A stretch of DNA of 64,000 bases from Botryllus schlosseri (lineage: Eukaryota): assembly GCA_051294905.1 (NCBI GenBank), contig CM119371.1, positions 37,140,001 through 37,204,000 on the forward strand, written 5' to 3'. Under the pieces are notes generated by a model, which did not search any database, was not told the DNA's origin, and saw only the letters and a program-made list of their open reading frames with translations. Shown piece by piece: positions 12,059 to 22,182 of this stretch; positions within the stretch are counted from its first letter, which is position 1, and every line of letters starts with the position of its first letter. Position numbers and translations under genes: made by a program.

Positions 12059-12824
12059 CACTAGAGTGAGAGTGTGAATGCTCAAGCTCAATCGGTTGCG
12101 CAAAAATGGCCAATGTGCTTGCGGTTTGCGCTGCTCTCACTCGCTCCCAGACGGAATCGTTGCGACACATTACCAAACTCTGTTCCAATGCAACATTCGA
12201 GGCTGATTTTCTGGGGTTCCGGGGCCACGAGCAGAATAAATTTTATATTTTCGCAATCAGTAGCGCGGTAGCTTTCGAATAATACCCGTTTGATCAAATT
12301 TAGCGCTCGGCAAGCAGGTCACTATAGGACACTATGATTGCACCGTGTGTTAATTGATCAGAGAGAAGCAGACATGGCGGCGCCTGTATGACAATGCTGT
12401 TCTCAAATCCACTTCGTCTTCTTCTTCGTCATTATCTGCGAAAAATGGCTTCGAAGTGACATTGCTGTTGTTAAAATACATTCGTTAAATACGATTTATT
12501 CCGTGTAGTCTTTATGTGTAATTGTGTATAAATGGGCGAATAATGTATCGATTCAGCAATCCGGCCCGCCAAGTACTTAATTTTCCTATATCCGGCCCGG
12601 CGATTGGAGAAGTTGCCCGCCGCTGCCTTATACCTTCGAATTAAGGATCATATAAATCAGAAGATTGCTAGCTTTTCGTACAAACCAATATGAGACCTCT
12701 AGGACGAACACAAATTAAGATATGATCATATGAAGTTGTTCAACTTGAGATTTTAAAAGGGTTAAGAGGCTGGTGCGGAGCAGTAAAACCACACGTTTGA
12801 TCGCAGTGCAACAGCGTTTGATGT

Positions 12825-14560
12825 TCATCATCATCATCATCATTGGTTTATTAGCAATTTTATCAGTTCAATACACCACAAAAATGCGATACAATGAAAA
12901 GACAGGAAGATGTCGAAGCGACAAGGAGTAGTCTATGGAATCTGACACCCCCATTGGCCTAGGCCAGAGGTCTCAAACTCAAATGTGCTCGCGGGCCAAT
13001 TTCCTATTTTTGATGGCGTCGCGGGCCGCACCACCAATAATAGGGGGATTCAATGTATTTCAAAGTAGGCCTTATTTCCGGGTTTCGAGCATAGGTCTAC
13101 TCCTGATAACTAGGCTATATATCAAAGGCAATTTGACGGTAATTTTTGATCAATGGAAAGCTATCACGGTACTGATTACGAAAATATAAATTTTATTCTG
13201 TTCGTGACCCTGGAACTCGCCAAAATTAGCCTCAAATGTTGCATTGTTAGTGAGTTTGGTATTGTGACGCAACCATGCCGTCTGAGCAGCTCAGGAGCAA
13301 ATGCGCACGAGAGTGAGAGTGCTCACTGCTCAATCGCCTGCGTAACAATGGCCAATACGCTTGCAGGTTGCGGTGCTCCTCGCCTGCTCCCAGACGTCAT
13401 TGCTGCATCACAATACCAAACTGTCATGCAATGCAACATTCGAGGCTTATTTTGGGGAGTTCCAGGACCACGAACAGAATAAATTTATATTTTCACAATC
13501 AGTACCGCGGTAGCTTTCGATTGATACCCGTTTTATAAAATCTAGGCTAATACAGGATAAGCCGTACAAAAATTACCGTCAAATTGCCTTCGACCAAATG
13601 GAAAGTGTGACGTACACCAATTTCACTGAGCCGTGAGATTTGCTTGTGTCCACACCATATATGACACCATGGTTTGTTGCGTGCGTGGTTGTACCAAGTC
13701 ACGGCATTCCGAATCTCAAAAGTCCTCTGATTGTAACGTTTGACGTGACGAGTACGAGTAATTCTACAGAGGGTCGCCTCAAGTCCAAATCACAATTTTT
13801 CAGTCACGAATCATCAACGGGTCATGTTTCACCAAAATTAAACAAGTAATGCCACGTAATAGTTGATATTCCACTGAGTGGTAACTTTTGAAAGTGATGT
13901 ATTAGTGAAGTTTGATGAGTAGTTTCAGGCTTCCGGAGTAGTTTTAGAGCAAATTTTATGTTCTCAAAAATTGGTAGTAAAATATTGTCGAATACTTCGA
14001 AATCCAAAATGTCGTCGCGGGCCGCACAAAATGGTCTCGCGGGCCGCATGCGGCCCGCGGGCCGCGTGTTTGAGACCTCTGGCCTAGGCGATGTAAAGAG
14101 GAGGCATGCACACTGAATGAAAGTAAAGAAGATAGTATAGAAAAAGAATGCGACAAGAAATCGGGCGGCATGTCATGGGAAGCGAGATCGATAGGTCAGT
14201 CGTGGTCCGGTAATCTTGAGGATGGACTGTATTTATTTAGTAGTAATTGCTTGTATTTCGACTTGAATGTGGACATGCTCGTCGACTGTCGGATGGCCGG
14301 CGGGATACTGTTCCACACATCAGGTCCGGCATATTTGATGGAGCGATGATCTTTTCGGTCGATCATATGATATTTGGACGACGTGGACGCGCGTGTGTTG
14401 TACTTGTGCGCTTTTGATTCAGAGGTAAAGAAGTCATTGAAATATTCGGGGAAACGATCGACCGCAGTGAAACTGGTACATAAACTTGGCGATTTCTAGT
14501 TTCCGCATATCTTCTATGTTTAGGACGCCGAATCTCTTCAGCAGCGACTTATTGGATGGG
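12825..14560 (-). mobile_element. 5'-truncated LINE copy with (TGA)n tail, interrupted by a hAT MITE
   Basis: (tca)n at 12825-12843 next to tttatt (AATAAA on minus); 14082-14515 is nearly identical to 8999-9430. Confidence 0.85.
12965..14081. mobile_element. hAT (Charlie-like) non-autonomous element
   Basis: TIR cagaggtctcaaac / gtttgagacctctg; TSD GCCTAGGC at 12957-12964 and 14082-14089; empty site in the LINE copy at ~8999. Confidence 0.92.
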
Positions 14561-14564
14561 CAGC

Positions 14565-14800
14565 CAGTGGTTAGTTAATGCAAAGCTACTTGATTCGACA
14601 CCATATTTATGCTCGTGTCTTAAACTTTATCTGACTATTGGTGTTTCAATTGCGAGCTGTGCGAGGCGAGATTCTCAAAGCTCAAACTGATTAAGTCTTA
14701 TTTAAATAATCGATCGGCTATCAGCTCTATCCATTCTGTCTAAGAGACTACGTTCAAAACTTGAATTTGAGGATACTATCGCTGATCTTGCTTTGAGGCG
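14565..14800 (+). pseudogene. hAT transposase C-terminal dimerisation domain remnant
   Basis: LKLYLTIGVSIASC~RRFSKLKLIKSYL~DRLSALSILS~FEDTIADLA with frameshifts; resembles the hATC consensus. Confidence 0.8.
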
Positions 14801-16799
14801 GCTATTGATTTTCTATTTGCACAATACATTCGATCGCTATTTCTTGTCTTTATGATTTTTGACCTTATTAACGTTAAGACGGTGAGGCTGAGACGCGGCA
14901 TATTGTTTTTATTGACAAGGTTGCTTGAACATGAATCTATGTCGGAATTTGCTGCGGTCTACGGGGAAGGGGGCGGCATTTTAGGCGAGAGCCAGGGGCG
15001 GCAGCACCTGCTGCTACGCCAGTGGCCCGAACATCCACGGTAGCGACAATTTGTGTATATATTTATTGAATCCAGCCACTGGGAACATTGGTTGATTTGT
15101 TGTCTGAAATTTTATCCCAATAAAGTGCTATATTTTATAGTGCTGGTATTTTTTGCTGACTGTGTGCGCAGGAGTGGCTCAACATTGTTACTTCAGTAGA
15201 AGTAATACCATAAATTCCTACCTATTTGCAAGTAAAAGTATCTATAGTGTGGTGCCAGTAGCGTGTTGACTTTTGTCCGCAATATTTTGCTGTCATCTGG
15301 GTGGATAGATCGGATGATCAAAGTGTTCAATCAAAACATTCTACGCATTCTTAAGACAGAATACAGCAATTATTGGATCAATCCCTTTGCTTATTTTGAT
15401 AAATCACTTACAACAGCAATTTACTGTTTCTGTATTTTGAGATTGTATGACAGACGACTTAATTTACTGACGTTCGTTCCTGATGAAAGTCAGCCGAATA
15501 GCTCAGAGTGGCATACATTTAGCGATATGATTTTGAGCGTATTGTTGTTGGCATAAAATTTGGCAGTTTAAATCTGTTAACGTAGGAGTACTTAGCTGAC
15601 ATAATCTCTCAAGTAAGCAGTACAGGTGGACTAAAATCATATACCAGCATGCTCCAAAAAAGCAGCACTTCGATACTTGCTACCTCTGATGCTACCCAAG
15701 TAGACGCCATAATAGTGAAGTAGATCAAAGCTACTGCACGTAGTAGCAGAATAGAACGTAGTTGAAAAGTCCTAGAAGTAAATCTGAACTAGACGATAGG
15801 GCTACCTGACTTGAGAATGAGTTTAAAAATGATGCGCGAACTTTAAAGATTATTGAAGTGAAAGTAGTCTAAGACCACTAGCGGAAGGATGGTCCGCTGT
15901 TGTGATTGTGGGATTTTGTGATATCATCAATGGACCACAGCTTTGCCATTTAAGGCGCGTTCCGCCGTTTAGACTCAAGCCACTCAAGGGATTTTATCGT
16001 AATCCGTCCGGTCCGCCGTTTAGTACTGGCCGTGATGTGATCACAATGACACCACTGTGATTCTGCCAGAAAATGCTTACGTCACATTTCCGAAATCGCC
16101 GAGTAATTGTTGTCGCAATGATTCACTTGTGCTAAAATCAAATATTATAACCGGAAAAACAATTTCGCGACAGTTTTGGAGTGCAAACGAACTGAAACAC
16201 ACGAGTTTTATCACTAAATGGCGCAAACGGTATGATCAATACAATATGTCATCGAAACTTGGAAGGAGTGCTTCATTTTACAACCGCCAGGTAGTACTTA
16301 TGGCATCTAAGTTTTCAGCCGTTACGTAATCTACGCAGGCTCTATTCTCGCCTGTAGCCGAAGCATCAGAGGTTAATTTGTGTTCCTTCCCCCATGTTTG
16401 ACTAGTTCTTACGTCAAGACGCCCGAAGTAAGACTCCACAAAAGATTATATGTGATATCGAACAGAAAAAAAACAAATAATAACGTTTAACGAAGACAGC
16501 CTATCCCACACTGTTACATCGGCCAATTGGCTTTAGTCGTTGTTTGATTAAAATACCATAATATGTAAATGCAACATCTTCTTGCCGGTTAACTACATCT
16601 CATTGCACACTATGTGTCTTGAGCACATCAGAATATAAATGATTACGATTATTGCGATCAACGTCATGTTCGTGTTCGTGTTCGTCGCAATTTATAAGTT
16701 ATTCAATAAACAATAAAAACAAAAAAAATGCAATAGCGTTGCTTCTGCTTCGGGCATTTTATATATTCGCAAAATTATTTCATCGTATGGTTTTACGTA

Positions 16800-18932
16800 G
16801 CCTACTTTTTGAAGATCAAAACGCACGATTTTGCGTCAAATACGACTTTTCGTCAAATTCGATTTTCGGTCAAATCCATTTTTGGTAAGTTTCAATTGAC
16901 AATTAGGACACTCGAATTGTAATGTCGTGCCCTCTGCTTCGGATATGTTACATATTAGGATAAGTATTAGATCATCATGTTAATGACATTATCAAAAAGT
17001 TGAGAAATTGCGTACTTTTTTAAGATCAAAATGCATGATTTTGCGTCAAATACGACTTTTTGTCCAATTCGATTTTCGGTCTATTTCAATCAACGATTTG
17101 GACACCCTAAATGTAACGGCGTGCCCTCTGCTTCGGATATGTTATATATTTCGTTAAGTATTAGATCATGATATTAACGATAATATCAAAAAGTTGAGAA
17201 ATTGTGTACTTTTTTAAGATCAAAATGCATGATTTTGCATCAAATACGAATTTTCGTCCAATTCGATTTTCGGTCAGTTTCAATCGACAATTAGGACACC
17301 CTAAATGTAACGGCGTGCCCTCTGCTTCGGATATGTTATATATTTCGTTAAGTATTAGATCATGATATTAACGATAATATCAAAAAGTTGAGAAATTGTG
17401 TACTTTTTCAAGATCAAAATGCATAATTTTGCGTCAAATACGACTTTTCGTCAAATTCGATTTTTGGTCAGATTCAATCGACAATTAGGACACCCAAAAT
17501 GTAACGGCGTGCCCTCTGCTTCGGATATGGTATATATTTCGATAAGTATTACATCATGATATTAACGATAATATCAAAACGTTGAGAAATTGTGTACTTT
17601 TTGAGGATCAAAATGCATGGTTTTGCGTCAAATACGAATTTTCGTCCAATTCGATTTTCGGTCAGATTCAATCGACAATTAGAACACCCGAAATGTAACG
17701 GCGTGCCCTCTACTTCGGATATGCTATATATCTGGACAGGTATTACATCATGATATTACCAATAATATCAAAAAGTTGAGAAATTGCGTACTTTTTTAAG
17801 ATCAAAATGCACGATTTTGCGTCAAATACGACTTTTCGTCAAATTCGATTTTTGGTCAGTTTCAATCGACAATTAGAACACCCAAAATGTAACGGCGTGC
17901 CCTCTGCTTCGGATATGTTATATATTCGGATAAGTATTAAATCATGATATTAACGACAATATCAAAAAGTTGAGAAATTGCGTACTTTTTGAGAATCAAA
18001 ACGCATGATTTTGTGTAAAATACGACTTTTCGTCCTGTTCGATTTTCCGTCAGTTTCAATGGACAATCAGGACACCTAAAATGTAACGGCGTGCCCTCTG
18101 CCTCGGATATGCTATATATTGGGATAAGTATTACATCATAATATTAACGATATTATCAAAAAGTTGAGAAATTGCGTACTTTTTTAAGATCAAAATGCAT
18201 GATTTTGCGTCAAATACGACTTTTTGTCCAATTCGATTTTCGGTCTATTTCAATCAACGATTTGGACACCCTAAATGTAACGGCGTGCCCTCTGCTTCGG
18301 ATATGTTATATATTTCGTTAAGTATTAGATCATGATATTAACGATAATATCAAAAAGTTGAAAAATTGCGTACTTTTTGAGGATCAAAATGCATGATTTT
18401 GCGTCAAATACGAATTTTCGTCCAATTCGATTTTCGGTCAGTTTCAATGGACAATCAGGACACCTAAAATGTAACGGCGTGCCCTCTGCTTCGGATATGT
18501 TATATATTCGGATAAGTATTACATCATAATATTAACGATAATATCAAAAAGTTGAAAAATTGCGTACTTTTTTAAGATCAAAATGCATGATTTTGCGTCA
18601 AATACGACTTTTCGTCAAATTCGATTTTTGGTCAGTTTCAATCGACAATTAGAACACCCAAAATGTAACGGCGTGCCCTCTGCTTCGGATATGTTATATA
18701 TTCGGATAAGTATTAAATCATGATATTAACGACAATATCAAAAAGTTGAGAAATTGCGTACTTTTTTAAGAATAAAATGCACGATTTTGCGTCAAATACG
18801 ACTTGTCGTCCAATTCGATATTCGGTCAGTTTCAATCGACAATTAGGACACCCAAAATGTAACGGCGTGCCCTCTGCTTCGGATATGTTATACATTTGGA
18901 TAAGTATTACATCATGGTATTAACGATGATAT
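16800..18932 (+). repeat. Left-arm tandem array, 11 x 194 bp
   Basis: Anchor gtgccctct at 16927, 17121, 17315, 17509, 17703, 17897, 18091, 18285, 18479, 18673, 18867 (period exactly 194). Confidence 0.97.
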
Positions 18933-19643
18933 CTGTTATAACATCATAATATAACAATTTCTGTTTTACCATGCTATGTCCTGTCCTGCTTGGTCATCTT
19001 CGTCCCTGATTTTTGTCAGCAACTCCCCTCGAATCAATGAGTTTCAGACGGATTAATATGCAAATTGAAAATGTAATTTCGAAACGTGTATTTTGTAAAG
19101 AATACTCGATGTAGATATAGGATTGTAGAAATGGACGTATTTAGAGAAAAAACGAAATATTCGAATTCATGCGGCATATCATTCTAATTAATCCAATGAA
19201 AACCCAAAGTCTTTAGATATTGAATTGTAGTCCTGATTTTTTAGTGCCATTGCGAAAAATATCATTCCTTCAAAATGCAGCACTTCGTTTACATATTCTC
19301 GTAAATTTCGTTTTTTGTCTTTAAAACTATGAAACAAAGCGTTCCCAAACATCTCAGGATTCGGATAAACGACTAAACTGTCTTTTGAGCTGTATAGGGA
19401 CAATTCCCCGCTCATGTGCTTGAAAAATTTAACGGTTCTGGTTCTAAGGCAAAATTTCGATTTAATGAATTCCAATAAATATTCCAGATGCGTTTCCGTA
19501 GTTTCGCTCTCGGCATATTTCAGAGTCGAATTGAATTTTTTCAGGGATTTTAGTTGTCCTTTCACGAACAGAGATTGTCGATACCATTCTGCTTTCGCAT
19601 AGTGGATCAGTCATAAAATCTGAACTTGATTCATATTGAAATC

Positions 19644-21761
19644 TTACTTGCAATTTGTAACGATGATGAAACTTTTTACAATCGAGTCCAATTCTTCAAT
19701 GGTTTTCGCTCGAAACATTTTGGAAATCCAACACATGGCATGTGTTTTGAGGCGCTTTTTATAATGTTTGACGATCATGACTTTTGCAGCTTTCATGGCA
19801 TGTGCCAAGCAATTCTGAATAAATGGCAGTTAAAGGTCATTCGCATTCGGCATTCCAGATACTACGCGATAGCAGCGGACGTAATATTGCAGTCTTGTTT
19901 CGTTGCAAAACGATCTTAAAATTGCATTCCACATTGCAGGCGATCCATCGATAATAATCCTTAGCGGAGCTGATTGAGCTCCGGTCAGGCGAAATCGTTC
20001 AGATAGAAAAAAATTCAGGAACTGTGAGATAGATATAGAGTCGTGACTTTTTGTAATGTAGGAAGCGATAGGAAGAGAAACTTCTCCTTTGATAGGATTC
20101 CGCACCAACAACGTATAAATTTGGAAGTCTTCGCCTCTTTTCAGGCTCCCACTGGCGTCGCAATAAATCATGTCTATCTTACATAAGGTATTAAACGCTT
20201 TGATCCCGAAAATTGTAAATATAATGATTTGCGGGGGAGATGTTTGAATGGATCTAATAAATCTTGTGGAATCCGCCTCTTCATCCTTCATTTTCTCTAA
20301 GTTGACGTACCATTCGCGTTTGACATCAATTAAAGTCTGTTCGCACTAGAGTTTTCGAAGTACGTTGGAGCTTGGCACGTCTGTATGGGAGCCGAGGATC
20401 CTCTGCTCAGCGGTCAGAGTATCGTACAACTCGTTGTGGAGCGATGCCGGCTTTCGGTGCTCCAGTTTACTTCTGATCATTTTCCGCTCGCTTCCGCGAA
20501 CTGGACGTGATCGTACGCATTCTCCTGTGTGACAACGAGTTCCGTCGATAATAATTCTCCCTTCAACATCTGGACAATTTTGACGCTGCATAAAGGTTAC
20601 ACGATACGTAACGTAACATGTTTTGTGCGAGCAATACAGATTTGCATTACCGACTTCATAACAGTCACTCCCTCTTTCGTTGACGACATGTCGCAAATAA
20701 TGATTGAGAAAGGCCGGAACGCATTCGTCGTACAAAGATTTTATAGGGTCCAGAATAACATTCCTGTACTCGTCCTTATCGAATCTGTTATTATCAACAC
20801 CGACGATGTATTTCCATTTACTTCCCTCAATATTAAAGTGACCTTCGATTTCAATTGTTTTAGATGTAATAAGGTCGAATTTGCTGCTGGTCATTAATGA
20901 GCCAAGTCCGATTTCCCCTTCGTTATCCGACAGTTCATCAGAGAATGATTTGTGGATCTGCGCAATGCCATCATTACACGATGGAATCTCTTGTACATCA
21001 TGAATGCTATCGGTTTGAGTCCCTTTTGTCAATAGCTCCACCGATGAGGTACAGGTACCGGCATCTTGAAGAATCTTTGATTGCATATTTCCATCAACAC
21101 GGTGGAATATTCCTGATCCTGATTTGGTATGTACGGCTACAGTGGCGTGTTGGCACAGTAATGGTACTTTTTCCCACTTTCCCTTTACAAATTTACGCAG
21201 ATCAGTGCCTTTGAAAATACAGATATCATGAAACCACGACTCACACGTGTCACATTGAACTAGCTCCTCCCCGCGCCACTCTTTGCGACACACACAGTAC
21301 CTCTGACCAGCAAAATTTGTCAACTCATCAACTTGTTTGGAGTTGTGTTTTTCAACAATACAGCGGACATCGACGTCATCACTGGTTGCCACATCATCTG
21401 TTTCGAAACGAGACATTCCTTTGAGAGCATTCTTTATCTCCACGTCTTGAAGTTTACAGAAACTACGCAGAAGTGTTTTCCGCTGCGTCGTGCTTTTCCC
21501 TTTACAATAACTGCAGCTATCCAGAAAATCATTTTGGAGTTTATCAGTTCTTAGTGATTCTACTCCATTACGATGCAGAAAATTAGCTATAGTCCTCACT
21601 AGATATTTCTTTTTGGTACTTAGCTGCTTGATACTTGACTGCTTGGTAGTTGACTGCTTGGTACTTGGCTGATGGGTACTTGACTGATGGGTACTTGAAT
21701 GCTTGGTACGGGTAGAAGCCCGACCCATGACCCTTGATAGAACAACGCTTGCAACATACAA
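19644..21761 (-). pseudogene. PHD-finger + NOF/MULE-type DDE transposase, one frame with two in-frame stops
   Basis: ORFs 21761-20346 and 20291-19830 and the continuation to 19644 share one frame, broken only by TAG (20346-48) and TAA (19830-32). Motifs: PHD YCVC...CDTCESWFHDIC...CQH (21147-21302); C-x4-C...H zinc-binding region; IYCDASGS (D1); RIIIDGSPAMWNAILRSF (D2); CLAH (MULE CxxH). Catalytic E not found. Confidence 0.82.
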
Positions 21762-22182
21762 TTCTTAACACTGCACCGTATTGGTTTTGCCAAGTGACAA
21801 CATTTCTTCTTCATATAGTTCACAAGTTCAAATGACATGACGAGCTGGTTCATCAACTAACGTAATTGTGGCGCGGGGGCCCTTAATAATCTTCGTGTCT
21901 ACGCCGCAAAATACCAATTATTGATCGTGAACTCAATTGACAGCCATTATAGTCGTTAGCTACCGAGGTCGACTCAAGAATTCCAGCCTTAGTGTTGGAT
22001 GTTCATCAAGACAAGTCGGCAGCTACGGATTAAAATGAACAAATGGCCTTGTGTAAATGACCATAGTAGTTGACAAACACCATGAACACCCTAAGTAAAC
22101 AAAGACAAACCATATTGAAGATCAACCTATTACCAACGCCGAAAAGGCCTAATATCTCGAAGCTTTGCGTTTCATTTCGAGC

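Larger units (their letters stand above)
9501..12349. mobile_element. TTAA-flanked non-autonomous DNA element (nest level 3)
   Basis: TTAA at 9497-9500 and 12350-12353; imperfect TIR ...tgcaccatagtgtcctata / tataggacactatgattgca.... Confidence 0.6.
8161..12625. mobile_element. Non-autonomous hAT element (nest level 2)
   Basis: Ends caggggtgggcaac / gttgcccgccgctg; TSD CCTTATAC at 8153-8160 and 12626-12633. An inverted fragment of the same family lies near 3990-4257. Confidence 0.85.
7393..15024 (+). mobile_element. Degenerate hAT transposon, outermost layer of a nested insertion stack
   Basis: TIR cagtggcgtagcagc / gctgctacgccagtg; 8-bp TSD GCCCGAAC at 7385-7392 and 15025-15032; empty paralogous site near 25797 (acccgaatatccacgg); internal transposase remnants. 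Confidence 0.88.

Noticed and set aside
16057..16329. Identical 90-aa ORFs at 16057-16329 (+) and 24729-25001 (-)
   Set aside because: They are the two copies of the inverted arm; non-ATG start and no recognisable domain.
16800..18932. 194-bp arrays as a CRISPR-like repeat-spacer array
   Set aside because: Whole units are homologous with no unique spacers; eukaryotic context, no cas genes.
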